Shown here one piece after another: positions 1-10,374 of a stretch of 64,000 nucleotides of DNA. The notes under the pieces were generated by a model that did not search any database, was not told the origin of the DNA, and saw only the letters and a list, made by a program, of their open reading frames with translations. Source of the DNA: an uncultured Pelagibacteraceae bacterium (GTDB taxonomy: Bacteria; Pseudomonadota; Alphaproteobacteria; Pelagibacterales; Pelagibacteraceae); assembly GCA_902519445.1 (NCBI GenBank), contig CABYJR010000002.1, positions 2,398-66,397 on the forward strand, in the 5' to 3' direction. Both the position numbers and the translations under genes were made by a program. Every line of letters starts with the position of its first letter. The stretch's first letter is position 1.

Positions 1-553
1 CTATAGGTATATTTAGTTTTATTGATTCTTTTACTGCTAATTCTTCAATATTAGTATCTATAATAAAAATCATATCTGGTATTTTTTTCATTTCAGATAT
101 ACCTCCGAGAGATCTTTCCAGTTTGTCCCTTTGTATTCCCATTTTCAATATCTCTTTTTTTGTGAAACCCGTATTCTCATTTTTAAGATCTAGTGAAAGT
201 TTTTTATATTTTTTTATAGAATTTGATATCGTTTTAAAGTTAGTAAGCATACCACCTAACCATCTATGGTTAACGTAATACTGGGATGTTTCTTTTGCTA
301 AATTTGCGATTGAATCGGCTGCTTGTTTTTTTGTAGATACAAATAAAATTTTTCCACCAGAAGATACACATTCATGAATTTTTTGTAAGGCTGCATTAAT
401 CAATTCAAGAGTTTGAACTAAATCAATTATATGAATAGATTTATTTGAGCTAAAAATAAACTTATTCATTTTAGGATTCCAACGAAAAGTTTTATGTCCT
501 AGATGAACTCCAGCTTCTAATAAATTTTTAATGTTAACACTTGGTAATTTCAT
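1..553 (-). CDS. rpsB: 30S ribosomal protein S2, N-terminal ~184 codons (gene runs off the left edge of the window)
   Basis: Not in the ORF track. Manual translation of the minus strand from the ATG (complement of 551-553) gives MKLPSVNIKNLLEAGVHLGHKTFRWNPKMNKFIF...VNHRWLGGMLTNFKTISNSIKK. This carries S2 hallmarks (GVHLGH..RWNPKM, RWLGGMLTN). The frame stays open to position 1. Confidence 0.9.
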   Translation of the reverse strand, partial: MKLPSVNIKNLLEAGVHLGHKTFRWNPKMNKFIFSSNKSIHIIDLVQTLELINAALQKIHECVSSGGKILFVSTKKQAADSIANLAKETSQYYVNHRWLGGMLTNFKTISNSIKKYKKLSLDLKNENTGFTKKEILKMGIQRDKLERSLGGISEMKKIPDMIFIIDTNIEELAVKESIKLNIPI

Positions 554-675
554 AATGTTTTCCGGTTATTCCACCACAATTCTTTCCATTTAAGGACCGG
601 AGGTTTCGCAACCAAAAATTGTGTGCGTATTTAGTGAGGTGTTTTACAGTTTAAATCAATAAAATTCAATACGAA
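554..675 (-). promoter_or_regulatory. Candidate structured 5' leader/promoter region of rpsB (possible r-protein autoregulatory pseudoknot)
   Basis: GC is locally enriched (about 41% over 561-640) compared with the AT-rich surroundings. On the mRNA strand I see three pairings. CACAAUU pairs with AAUUGUG (7 bp). GGUU-GCGA-AACC forms a GNRA hairpin nested inside that stem. UCCGGU (complement of 596-601) can pair with ACCGGA (complement of 561-566), which lies 7 nt upstream of the AUG. Confidence 0.25.
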
Positions 676-3600
676 TTATAGATTTATTTTCTTTATGTAA
701 TGCTCTTTATTTAGGTATTTTAAAGTTTCATAATCGAATTTTCTTCTATCTTTCAACTCAAACAAATAATTTTTATTATTGTCTTCTATGGAGATTTTAA
801 TCTTTGAATCTCCCTTATCCTTAATAACTTTATATAACTTCTCTAAATCTTCTGCTTTACGTAATTGAATTTCAACATTGCTATAATTAAGTTTAGTAGC
901 CTCGTCTAAACTTATAATTTTTCTCACATTTATTCTTTTAAATCTATTTTCTTGATTTTCTTTATCTTTAATTACAGTTAATAGAAAAGATTTTCCTTCA
1001 ATTAGATTTGAACGATTTTTTTCTAGAATTTCTGCAAAAAGAAATAATTCATATGCTTTGCTTAGATCGCTAAATTTAACAATAGCAAATGAATTTCCTT
1101 TTGCAGTTTTTTTTTCTTTTACTGACATTACTGTGCCGGCTATAAATGTCTCTGGATCATTAGACTTTTCGAACTCAATAAATAATTTAACATTATATTG
1201 CTTAAGAATATCTTCATAATTTTTTAAAGGATGGTTAGATATATAGAAGCCCAATGACTCGAATTCTTTTGATAATGTTTCGGCGCTAGACCAGTCTGTA
1301 GAATTTTGATCATTCAATAAATATGAAACTTTAAAGCTTTCCTCAGAAAATAAACTTGTTTGATTTTGAATTTTATTTTCATGTAAAGTTTTACAATTCT
1401 GAATAATATTAGGTATGTTGTTAAAAAGGTTTTTTCTATTTTTAAAAATAGAATCAAATGCTCCCGCCTTTACCAATCCTTCTAATTGGAGTTTGTTTAT
1501 ATTTCTTGGGTCCGATCTTTTAATAAAATCACTTATTGATTTATATTTACCATTTTTTTCTCTTTCTTTTACTAAGTCTGAAACTGCTTCAAAACCAACA
1601 TTTTTTATTGCACCCAAAGCATAAAACAACTTATTTTCTGTGGGAATAAAATCTGCAAAGCATTCATTAATGCATGGTCGTTGTATTTTTATATTAAGTC
1701 TCTTTAGTTCTTCAAAAAATTCACTTAGCTTATCAGTATTAGATAGTTCATTTGACATAGATGCAGAAATAAATTCATTTGGATAATAAGCTTTAAGATA
1801 AGCGGTTTGATATGCGATTAATGCGTACGCTGCTGCATGACTTTTATTAAATCCATATTCAGCAAATGGTTCAATTTTTCCAAAAATAAATATTGCTGTC
1901 TCTTTAGTGATTCCATTTTTAACTGCTCCATTAACAAATCTTTCCTTTTGTTTTTCTAATTCTGCTCTTTTCTTTTTCCCCATTGCGCGTCTTAATATAT
2001 CGGCCTCTCCGGCTGAAAATCCTGAAAGTTCTTGAGCAATTTGCATAACTTGTTCTTGATAAATTATAACTCCATAAGTTGGTTCTAGAATTTTTTTAAT
2101 TTTAGGATGTAAGTAATCTGGTTTTTTCACACCATGTTTACATTGATTGTATATTGATATATTCGCCATTGGGCCTGGTCTATATAAAGCAACTAAGGCT
2201 ATAATATCTTCAAATTTATTTGGCTTCATATTCACTAAAGCATCTCTCATGCCAGCACTTTCCAGCTGAAACAATCCTACTGTGTAACCTGTGCTCAAAA
2301 GTTCAAAAATTTTTGAATCATCTAATTTAATTTTATGAATATCCAAATCAATTTTTCTTTTTTTTAAAAGCGATAAAGTTTTATTAATAACTGTTAAAGT
2401 TTTTAGTCCTAGTAAGTCAAACTTAACTAATCCAGCATTTTCAGAAGCATACATATCAAACTGAGTTGATGGGAGAAGTGAATTAGAAGAAGGATCTTTA
2501 TATAGAGGAACAAATTCAGCTAAATTTTCTTCTGGAATAACAACTCCAGCTGCATGGGTTGCCATATTTCTATTTAATCCCTCTAATTTTTTTGAAATTT
2601 CTACTAGCTTTTTTACTCTTGAATCTTTTTTCTCTTCATTTCCAATTCTTGGTTCTTGTGCAATAGCTTGTTCTAAAGAAAGCGGACGAGAAGGATCAAA
2701 GGGGATCATTTTGCAAAGACGATCAACATAGCCATATGGTAGGCCTAATACTCTTCCAATATCTCTAAACGCCATTCTTGCTTTAAGTTTTCCAAATGTA
2801 ATAATATGAGCAACTCCTTTTCCGTATTTTTGTTTTAAATATTCAAAAACTTTATCCCTTTTTTCTTCACAAAAATCTATATCGAAGTCAGGCATTGAAA
2901 TTCGATCTGGATTTAAAAATCTTTCAAAAATTAAATCAAATTTAATTGGATCAATATCAGTTATAGAAAGCGACCAAGCGACCAATGATCCCGCACCAGA
3001 ACCTCTGCCAGGACCAACAGGTATATTATTTTTTTTTGCCCATTTAATATAATCAGACACTATTAGAAAATAACTTGAATACTTCATCTTCGAAATAATA
3101 TCTATTTCGTGATTCAATCTTTCGTAATAAATTTTTTCAATTTTTTCCTTATTATTTTTGGACTCAGGTAAGACATATTCATTTAATTTTTCTTTTAAAC
3201 CTAATATGGATTCCTCTTTTAAAATCTCATCTATGTTTTTAGAATCTGTTTTTTGTATGTTGGGTAAAATTGGAACTGAATTTTTTGGCCTGTATGAAAT
3301 TCTTAAATGAAAATTTTCATTATTTTTTAAAGCATCAGGTAAATCCTTAAAAAGATCATGCATTTCTTCAGAATTTTTCAAATAATGCTGGTTTGAATAT
3401 TTCCTTCTTTCTTTAACATTAACATATGTCTTTTCCCCAATACATAAATAAGCATCGTGGGCTTCGTGCATATCCTTATCTAAGTAATAAACTTCATTAG
3501 TTGCTATAATTGGTAAATTTAATTTTTTTGCTGTATTTAATAAAAATTTTTCAAATAATTTTTCACCTTCATCTTCATGACGTTGAATTTCAAGATATAG

Positions 3601-4095
3601 GTTGTCTTTGAATACCTTTTTTAATCTTGTAACTAGGTCAAGTATTTTGTCAGTAAGGTTTTTTGAAAAAAGCTTACCAAAAAAACCATCTAATGAACCT
3701 GTTAATAGTATCAAACCATTAGAGTATTTTTCCAAATCTTCAATTTCGCAATGTGGTTCTTCTGTATCTTTTATTTCAATAAAAGATTTTGATGAAAGTT
3801 TAATTAAATTTTTATATCCATCTAAATTTTTAGCAAATAAAGGAATTTTTCCAGTACTATTTTTGTAATTAATGTTTATCTGCGTCCCTATAATAGGTTG
3901 AGTTTTGGATTTGGCTAACATCTCAGAAAATTCTAAGGCTCCGCAAAGATTGTATGAATCACATAATCCGATGGCCTTAATTTTATTGTCCTTGCAGTAT
4001 TTTCCTAAATCTTTAGTTCTTAGTGCGCCTTCACAAATTGAATATTGTGTATGTATTTTAAGATGTGTAAATTCTTTACTAGAAATTTCATTCAT
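676..4095 (-). CDS. dnaE: DNA polymerase III alpha subunit
   Basis: 1139-aa ORF. N-terminal PHP domain (THLKIHTQYSICEGA), core motifs PDFDIDF, GRVLGLPYG and FNKSHAAAYA, and a C-terminal OB-fold region. Confidence 0.97.
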   Translation of the reverse strand: MNEISSKEFTHLKIHTQYSICEGALRTKDLGKYCKDNKIKAIGLCDSYNLCGALEFSEMLAKSKTQPIIGTQININYKNSTGKIPLFAKNLDGYKNLIKLSSKSFIEIKDTEEPHCEIEDLEKYSNGLILLTGSLDGFFGKLFSKNLTDKILDLVTRLKKVFKDNLYLEIQRHEDEGEKLFEKFLLNTAKKLNLPIIATNEVYYLDKDMHEAHDAYLCIGEKTYVNVKERRKYSNQHYLKNSEEMHDLFKDLPDALKNNENFHLRISYRPKNSVPILPNIQKTDSKNIDEILKEESILGLKEKLNEYVLPESKNNKEKIEKIYYERLNHEIDIISKMKYSSYFLIVSDYIKWAKKNNIPVGPGRGSGAGSLVAWSLSITDIDPIKFDLIFERFLNPDRISMPDFDIDFCEEKRDKVFEYLKQKYGKGVAHIITFGKLKARMAFRDIGRVLGLPYGYVDRLCKMIPFDPSRPLSLEQAIAQEPRIGNEEKKDSRVKKLVEISKKLEGLNRNMATHAAGVVIPEENLAEFVPLYKDPSSNSLLPSTQFDMYASENAGLVKFDLLGLKTLTVINKTLSLLKKRKIDLDIHKIKLDDSKIFELLSTGYTVGLFQLESAGMRDALVNMKPNKFEDIIALVALYRPGPMANISIYNQCKHGVKKPDYLHPKIKKILEPTYGVIIYQEQVMQIAQELSGFSAGEADILRRAMGKKKRAELEKQKERFVNGAVKNGITKETAIFIFGKIEPFAEYGFNKSHAAAYALIAYQTAYLKAYYPNEFISASMSNELSNTDKLSEFFEELKRLNIKIQRPCINECFADFIPTENKLFYALGAIKNVGFEAVSDLVKEREKNGKYKSISDFIKRSDPRNINKLQLEGLVKAGAFDSIFKNRKNLFNNIPNIIQNCKTLHENKIQNQTSLFSEESFKVSYLLNDQNSTDWSSAETLSKEFESLGFYISNHPLKNYEDILKQYNVKLFIEFEKSNDPETFIAGTVMSVKEKKTAKGNSFAIVKFSDLSKAYELFLFAEILEKNRSNLIEGKSFLLTVIKDKENQENRFKRINVRKIISLDEATKLNYSNVEIQLRKAEDLEKLYKVIKDKGDSKIKISIEDNNKNYLFELKDRRKFDYETLKYLNKEHYIKKINL

Positions 4096-4771
4096 TTTTT
4101 CTTAGTACATTACCATCTAAAATATTTAACTTATAGTCTGCTCTCTTTGACAAATCTCTATTATGAGTTGCATAAAGTATTGCTCTTTTTTTTGATCTAA
4201 GTTTTAAAAATAATGAAAATATTTCATCTGCCGTTTTTCTATCTAAACTTCCCGTTGGTTCATCTGCTAAAATCAAATCAGGCTCAGTAATTATTGCTCT
4301 AGCTACTGCAACTCTCTGTTGTTCCCCTCCTGATAATTGGCTTGGGAAATGTTCAGATCTTTTTGATAAATTAACTAAAGTTAAAGTTTTCATTGCTTTA
4401 CTTAACGATTCCTTCCAAGAAAAACCAATGTTTAATAATGGCATCATTACATTTTCTAACGCCGTAAAGTCACTTAGCAAATTATGGTTTTGATATATAA
4501 TTGAGATTCCTTTTTTCCTTATTGAATCTTTTTCTTTTTCTGATGATTTAGAAAAATTTTTATTTTTAAAGAAAATTTCTCCAGTAGTTGGTTTATCTAA
4601 TAGAGCTATTATATGTAATAATGTAGATTTTCCAGATCCTGAAGGCCCAGTAAGGGAAACTAACTCTCCAACGTTAATTTTTAAATTTATATTTTTTAAA
4701 ACATTAATATCTTTTTCATTTCCAGAAAATTTTTTTGATATTTTAGATAATTTGATAATTTCTTTATTCAT
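4088..4771 (-). CDS. lolD: Lipoprotein-releasing system ATP-binding protein LolD
   Basis: 227-aa ABC ATPase with Walker A GPSGSGKST, signature LSGGEQQR and Walker B ILADEPTGSLD. It overlaps the upstream LolC/E-type permease gene by 8 nt. Confidence 0.8.
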   Translation of the reverse strand: MNKEIIKLSKISKKFSGNEKDINVLKNINLKINVGELVSLTGPSGSGKSTLLHIIALLDKPTTGEIFFKNKNFSKSSEKEKDSIRKKGISIIYQNHNLLSDFTALENVMMPLLNIGFSWKESLSKAMKTLTLVNLSKRSEHFPSQLSGGEQQRVAVARAIITEPDLILADEPTGSLDRKTADEIFSLFLKLRSKKRAILYATHNRDLSKRADYKLNILDGNVLRKNE

Positions 4772-5999
4772 ATTTTAAAGCCTGAATTGGGTCTAATTTT
4801 GCTGCAGATATTGATGGAAAAATTGTAGCAAAAAATGTGATTAATAATGAAAACAAACTTACTATTAATATATATGTTAAATTTATTTCTGAAGGCATTT
4901 GACTTAAAAAATAAATTTCTTCAGGAAATAGACTAATATTAAATATTGACGTAATAAGTATTCTTATTTCCTCGATATAATAAGAAAATAATACTCCCAT
5001 AATTACACCTGTAATAGTAGCCAATAATCCTATAGTAAAACCTATAAGAAAAAAAATTCTTGCAATAGAATTTTTACTTATTCCTAATGTTCTTAATATA
5101 GCTATTTCTTTAGTTTTATTTTTTACCAGTATTGTTAATCCTGAAATTATATTAAAAGCCGCAACAATTATTATTAATGTTAAAATAATAAACATCACAT
5201 TTCTTTCCACTTTTAATGCACCAAAAAATGATTTATTTAAATCTGTCCAAGAATAAACGTAGTGATCAGAAAACATCTTTATAAATTGATTTTTAACTTG
5301 TTCAACTTTTTCAGGTTTTTTCAAAAATATTTCTAAATTAATATCCAATTCGGATAGTTCAAACAATGAATTGGCATTTGCAAAAGGCATAAAAATAACA
5401 TTTTGATCAAATTCTGCTAAGCCAGTGCTAAAAACTGAAGATATTTTAAATTTTTCTTGAAGAGGTAAATTTCCAAAAGGTGTTTGAAGATTAGATGTAG
5501 ACATTATTGTTATCTCGTCACCAACTATCAAATCTAAAGAAATAGCTAATTCTTTTCCTATAGAAATTGTATTTTCATTAAAAGATTCTAAATTTCCATC
5601 GATAATGCCATTTTGTATTAAATCTATTTTATTAATATCATCATTTTTATAAGAGCGTACCAATATCCCAGTAGTATTTTCCCTATTTATTAATATTCCT
5701 TGTCCACTAAAAGTAAACGATGTTCTTGCTATATAATTGTTTAATTCATTTAGTTTATTTAGTTCAGATTCAATAATTTTTTTATCATAAGGTTTAACTA
5801 TAATATGAGGATTAAAGCCCAAAATTTTGTTTACTAGTTCTGTACGAAAACCATCCATTACTGACATAACTATAATTAGAATAGCTACACCAAGAGCAAT
5901 CCCCATAAAAGAAAAGATTGAAATTACTTTTAAAAATCCTTCTTTCTTTTTTGGTTTTAAATATCTAAAAGCTATTACTCTTTCTATTTTTGAAATCAA
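4764..5999 (-). CDS. Lipoprotein-releasing system permease, LolC/LolE family (FtsX/MacB-type)
   Basis: 411 aa. N-terminal TM helix, a large periplasmic loop and a C-terminal three-TM FtsX bundle. Only a single permease gene sits next to lolD. Confidence 0.8.
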   Translation of the reverse strand: MISKIERVIAFRYLKPKKKEGFLKVISIFSFMGIALGVAILIIVMSVMDGFRTELVNKILGFNPHIIVKPYDKKIIESELNKLNELNNYIARTSFTFSGQGILINRENTTGILVRSYKNDDINKIDLIQNGIIDGNLESFNENTISIGKELAISLDLIVGDEITIMSTSNLQTPFGNLPLQEKFKISSVFSTGLAEFDQNVIFMPFANANSLFELSELDINLEIFLKKPEKVEQVKNQFIKMFSDHYVYSWTDLNKSFFGALKVERNVMFIILTLIIIVAAFNIISGLTILVKNKTKEIAILRTLGISKNSIARIFFLIGFTIGLLATITGVIMGVLFSYYIEEIRILITSIFNISLFPEEIYFLSQMPSEINLTYILIVSLFSLLITFFATIFPSISAAKLDPIQALKYE

Positions 6000-6001
6000 T
6001 T

Positions 6002-7324
6002 TTAACTTCTATTGTTTAGTAATTTGTTTTTAATATCCTCTAAAGATAATGATTCGGTTTTTCCATTTACTTCTTTAAATTCAAATTTATCATCACTTGA
6101 TTTTGATCCTAAAATTATTTGATATGGTATTCCTATTAAATCAAATTTTTTAAATTTTGCTGATAAATGCTCATCAGTATCATCAAGCAAAACATCAATT
6201 TTATTTTTAAGTAAAAAACTACATATTTTTTCTGCTTTTTCTTGATTTGATTTATCATTTTTTTTAAGACTTGGAATAATTGCAACATCAAAAGGTGAGA
6301 CAGATTCAGGCCATCTCATAATATTATTATTAAATTTAGCTTCAATAATAGCTGCAACCAATCTAGAAACTCCAACACCATATGATCCCATTTTAACATT
6401 AACTTTTTTTCCATCTTTTAGATCTACAGAACATTTTAAGGGTTTGGAGTATTTATCACCAAAATAAAATATATGCCCAACTTCTATTCCTTTTGTTACT
6501 AATTGGTTTTCTTTTTTTACTTTTTTTTCAAAATCTTCTTTTTTGTATTTGTCATCTGTAACAGCATAAAATTCATCATATTTTTTACGTAAATCTTGAA
6601 TAGATTTTTCTTCGCTGCTGTGTTTACTAATGTCTATATCAAAAATTCTTTTATCAGAATAAATCTTACTTTCTCCTGTTTCTGCTAAAATTATAAATTC
6701 ATGGGAAAGGTCGCCTCCTATAGGTCCAGTGTCAGCAGCCATAGGTATTGCAGTTAATCCCAGTCTTTTAAATGTATTTAAGTATGCAAAAAACATTTTG
6801 TTATATGATTTTTTTGCCTCTTCGTCATTTACATCAAATGAATAAGCGTCCTTCATAAAAAATTCTTTACATCTCATAACACCAAATCTTGGCCTTAATT
6901 CGTCACGAAATTTCCATTGTATATGGTATAAAAGTTGTGGCAGAGACTTATAGGACTTAACGCTGGCCCTAAAAATTTCAGTAATTAGCTCTTCATTTGT
7001 TGGGCCATATAACATTTCTTTTCCTTGGCGGTCTTTTATTCTTAACATTTCTTCACCATAATCATCATACCTGCCACTTTCTTTCCATATTTCAGCAGAC
7101 TGTATTGTCGGCATTAATAATTCTTGTGCTCCAATTTTGTTTTGTTCTTCTCTAACAATTTGTTCAATTTTTTTCATTATCTTAAAACCTAAAGGTAACC
7201 ATGAATAAATTCCTGTTGATGATTGCTTAATCATTCCTGTTCTTAACATAAGTTGGTGTGATTTAATTTTAGCCTCTGAAGGAATTTCTTTTAAAAGTGG
7301 AATAAATAATTTTGATAAATACAT
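6002..7324 (-). CDS. proS: Prolyl-tRNA synthetase, short bacterial form with only a remnant at the INS editing-domain position
   Basis: 440 aa. Class II motifs are present (FRDELRPRFGVMRCKEFFMKDAYSF; GSYGVGVSRL), with a C-terminal anticodon-binding domain. Length and alignment by eye leave only about 60 aa where the ~180-aa INS domain sits in long ProRS. Confidence 0.93.
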   Translation of the reverse strand: MYLSKLFIPLLKEIPSEAKIKSHQLMLRTGMIKQSSTGIYSWLPLGFKIMKKIEQIVREEQNKIGAQELLMPTIQSAEIWKESGRYDDYGEEMLRIKDRQGKEMLYGPTNEELITEIFRASVKSYKSLPQLLYHIQWKFRDELRPRFGVMRCKEFFMKDAYSFDVNDEEAKKSYNKMFFAYLNTFKRLGLTAIPMAADTGPIGGDLSHEFIILAETGESKIYSDKRIFDIDISKHSSEEKSIQDLRKKYDEFYAVTDDKYKKEDFEKKVKKENQLVTKGIEVGHIFYFGDKYSKPLKCSVDLKDGKKVNVKMGSYGVGVSRLVAAIIEAKFNNNIMRWPESVSPFDVAIIPSLKKNDKSNQEKAEKICSFLLKNKIDVLLDDTDEHLSAKFKKFDLIGIPYQIILGSKSSDDKFEFKEVNGKTESLSLEDIKNKLLNNRS

Positions 7325-7328
7325 GATT

Positions 7329-8996
7329 TTAAATTCTTATTAAATTTACGTTTGTATATGGTCTCTTTCCAGTTTTTTCTTTAACTGTTTTTCTACAATC
7401 TATTCTTAAAGTTTCAATCAAATTTTGCTCCTGTTTAGAATTTTTTAAAGAGAAAGACTTACATACACTTCTTATTTTATCTTCTAAATCAAAGACAAAA
7501 TCAGAGCTTTCTCCATTGGTAGGTATTCCTTTATAAGAAATAATAGGTTTTTTTGCCAAAGAACCTCGGGAATCGATTAGTATAGTTATTTCCAGAAAAC
7601 CATTAAAAGATATATTGACTCTTTCCTTAATAGATAATGAATCTTCTCCAACACTTATCTTTCCATCAACTAACATTTTGCCTACAGGAGCCTTATCTAT
7701 AACTTGTGGTTTTTCTCCTGGATACAACTGAACTATATCTCCATTTTCCACTTTAACAGGATAAGGTACCTGCATTTCTTTTGCAAAATTAATATGTTCT
7801 AACATGTGTCTATGCTCACCATGAACAGGTATAACTGATTTAGGCTTAACCCATTTATACATATCTTTTAAATCATCTCTATTAGGATGTCCTGAAACGT
7901 GAACAAATTCATTTTCTTCAGATACAACATCTATACCATTTTTTACTAATTGGTTATGGAGTTTATAAAGTTTTTTTTCATTTCCAGGAATTATTTTGGA
8001 AGAAAAAATTACTGTATCGCCTGTTTCAATAAATACATCAGGGTGAACATAATTAGATATTCTTTTCATTGCTCCATTGGGCTCACCTTGGCTTCCGGTG
8101 CATAAATATAAAATTTTTTTTCTATCAATTCTTTTTGCATCTCTCGGGTCAATGGGTTCCAATAAATCATTAAGATAACCACATTGTCTTGCTGCTTTAT
8201 AAATTCTATGCATTGATCTACCAACTAATGATATGTGTCTTTCTGTTTTTTTTGCACAATAAAAAATACTTTCCATTCTAGCAACGTTTGAAGCAAACGA
8301 AGTTACAATTATTCTTTTCGTTCTATTTTTCATTATCTTTAATAAACTATCACGCACATCTAATTCCGAACCAGCGCGACCGGGACTAAAAACATTTGTA
8401 GAATCGCAAATCATAGCTAGAATTCCTTCGTCGCCGATTGCTTTTAATCTTTTTTCATTAATTTTATCACCAATTAAAGGATTGGGATCAATTTTCCAAT
8501 CTCCAGTATGTAGTACCGTTCCAGAATCTGTTGTTATACTAAGACCATTGGGCTCTAATATAGAATGTGTTAAGGTGACGAACTCAATTTTAAAAGGGCC
8601 TAAATTTATTTTTCCATTAAGCTTAACTATTTTTAATTTATTTCCTAAATCGATTTTTTTTTCCCTGAACTTTTCTTTTATTAATACGCTTGTAAAAGGA
8701 GTAGCGTAAATATCGCACATTAACTTAGGCCATATATGAGCTATAGCGCCTATGTGGTCCTCATGCGCGTGTGTTAAAACCAGTCCTAGTAAATCATTTT
8801 TTTTATCAACTATAAAACCTGGATCTGGATAAATTAAATCAACTCCTGGAATAGTATCATCTGCAAAAGTAACTCCTATATCAACTATTATCCATTTTCT
8901 ATTTTCTTGATTTCCATAGGCAAATAAATTCATATTCATTCCTATTTCACCAGAACCTCCTAAAGGGCAAAAGATAAAATCTTCTTTCTTATTCAT
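7329..8996 (-). CDS. rnj: Ribonuclease J (metallo-beta-lactamase/beta-CASP RNase)
   Basis: 555 aa with HxHxDH motif THAHEDHIG, a beta-CASP region and an RNase J-type C-terminal domain. Confidence 0.88.
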   Translation of the reverse strand: MNKKEDFIFCPLGGSGEIGMNMNLFAYGNQENRKWIIVDIGVTFADDTIPGVDLIYPDPGFIVDKKNDLLGLVLTHAHEDHIGAIAHIWPKLMCDIYATPFTSVLIKEKFREKKIDLGNKLKIVKLNGKINLGPFKIEFVTLTHSILEPNGLSITTDSGTVLHTGDWKIDPNPLIGDKINEKRLKAIGDEGILAMICDSTNVFSPGRAGSELDVRDSLLKIMKNRTKRIIVTSFASNVARMESIFYCAKKTERHISLVGRSMHRIYKAARQCGYLNDLLEPIDPRDAKRIDRKKILYLCTGSQGEPNGAMKRISNYVHPDVFIETGDTVIFSSKIIPGNEKKLYKLHNQLVKNGIDVVSEENEFVHVSGHPNRDDLKDMYKWVKPKSVIPVHGEHRHMLEHINFAKEMQVPYPVKVENGDIVQLYPGEKPQVIDKAPVGKMLVDGKISVGEDSLSIKERVNISFNGFLEITILIDSRGSLAKKPIISYKGIPTNGESSDFVFDLEDKIRSVCKSFSLKNSKQEQNLIETLRIDCRKTVKEKTGKRPYTNVNLIRI

Positions 8997-9772
8997 TAGT
9001 TTAAATATTTTTTATTTTCCTTAAAAATTTCAATTATACCTTTAATCGTTATATTCCTGTCTATCGTAAAAGTGCGGATTATAGAAGTTTTAAATAAATC
9101 AGCATAACCGCCTGTAAAAATAATTTTGTATTTTTTTTTAGTTTCTCTTTCTATCATTAATATAATGTTATTAATTAAGCCTAAATAACCCCAATAAAAA
9201 CCTGACCGTAGAGCTTCGACTGTATTTTTCCCAATAATTTTTTTTTGTCTTTTAAGTAAAAACAAAGGTATTTGATCAGCCGAAGTTGATAAACTTTTTA
9301 TAGAAAGATTTATTCCTGGTGCGATTACACCTCCATTGTAAATTCCGTTTTTATTAACTACATCAAATGTTGTAGCTGTACCAAAATCAAGTATGATAGA
9401 ATTTGCTTTATATTTTTTATAGGCACCTACTGCATTAGCAATTCTATCAGAACCAACTTGCTTTTTGTTTTTAATATTTATTTTTACTATTTTCTTAATT
9501 TTTTTATCTTTAATTTCTTTTAAAGAAATTTGATATTTTTTTTTAAGAAAAGATTTTATTAATAATTCATATTTTGGAACTACACTAGAAAATAATGCGA
9601 TTTTATGAATTTTGCCTTTTCTGATAATTTTTTTAAAGATAGTTCTTAAATAAGCAGTTGAGTAGATTTTATTACTATTAAAATAAATTATTTTCTTTAT
9701 TTTATAATTTCTATTTTCTACCAAACATATTTTAGTAATTGAATTGCCTATATCTCCAATAATTACATTCAT
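8996..9772 (-). CDS. coaX: Type III pantothenate kinase
   Basis: 258 aa with N-terminal DIGNS phosphate-binding motif, GTATTFD and an ASKHA fold pattern. It overlaps the rnj start by 1 nt. Confidence 0.88.
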   Translation of the reverse strand: MNVIIGDIGNSITKICLVENRNYKIKKIIYFNSNKIYSTAYLRTIFKKIIRKGKIHKIALFSSVVPKYELLIKSFLKKKYQISLKEIKDKKIKKIVKINIKNKKQVGSDRIANAVGAYKKYKANSIILDFGTATTFDVVNKNGIYNGGVIAPGINLSIKSLSTSADQIPLFLLKRQKKIIGKNTVEALRSGFYWGYLGLINNIILMIERETKKKYKIIFTGGYADLFKTSIIRTFTIDRNITIKGIIEIFKENKKYLN

Positions 9773-9786
9773 AAATTTTAATAATT

Positions 9787-10374
9787 TTATTGTTTTATAG
9801 ATAGTTTTTCTGCTTTTTTTTTAAAGTTTTCATAATTATATGTATCTAAATTTACTAGAAAGTTTTTATAAGAAGAAATTATTAAATCAATTATCTCATC
9901 AATTGAAGGTTTTATATTTGTTTCTAAATAAATATTTGTAGCTTTATAACCATTATTAATATTTGGATTTGACACAATATTCAAGCCTATACCTATTATT
10001 AAAAATTTTCTTTTATTTTGAATAATAAGCTCTTGTAGAAAACCACAAATTTTTTTTCCATCATACATAATATCATTTGGGAACTTCAGTCTTAATTTTT
10101 CTTCATCGCAATAATTCTTAATAATATCTAGTATAATTACAGGATTAATAATTGAAAATTCATGAAAAGATGGACAATTATCATCAATAGGAAAAAATAA
10201 AGTAAGAAATAAATTGCCTTTTTCTGAAATCCATTTTTTACCACGTGTACCTCTACCTTTAGTTTGTAAATCTGAACAAATACATCCTGTTAATTTCTTT
10301 TTTTCTTTAATTAAGTTAATAGCAACATCATTAGTGCTTGTTACACTTTTAAGCTTTAATATTTCAAAATTCAT
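9787..10374 (-). CDS. birA: Biotin-[acetyl-CoA-carboxylase] ligase, class I (no N-terminal HTH repressor domain)
   Basis: The ORF-track start (10479) lies inside nuoN. The internal ATG at 10374 (MNFEILKLKSVTSTND...) forms a TAATG overlap with the nuoN stop. The GRGTRGKKW biotin/ATP loop is present. Product is 195 aa. Confidence 0.85.
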   Translation of the reverse strand: MNFEILKLKSVTSTNDVAINLIKEKKKLTGCICSDLQTKGRGTRGKKWISEKGNLFLTLFFPIDDNCPSFHEFSIINPVIILDIIKNYCDEEKLRLKFPNDIMYDGKKICGFLQELIIQNKRKFLIIGIGLNIVSNPNINNGYKATNIYLETNIKPSIDEIIDLIISSYKNFLVNLDTYNYENFKKKAEKLSIKQ

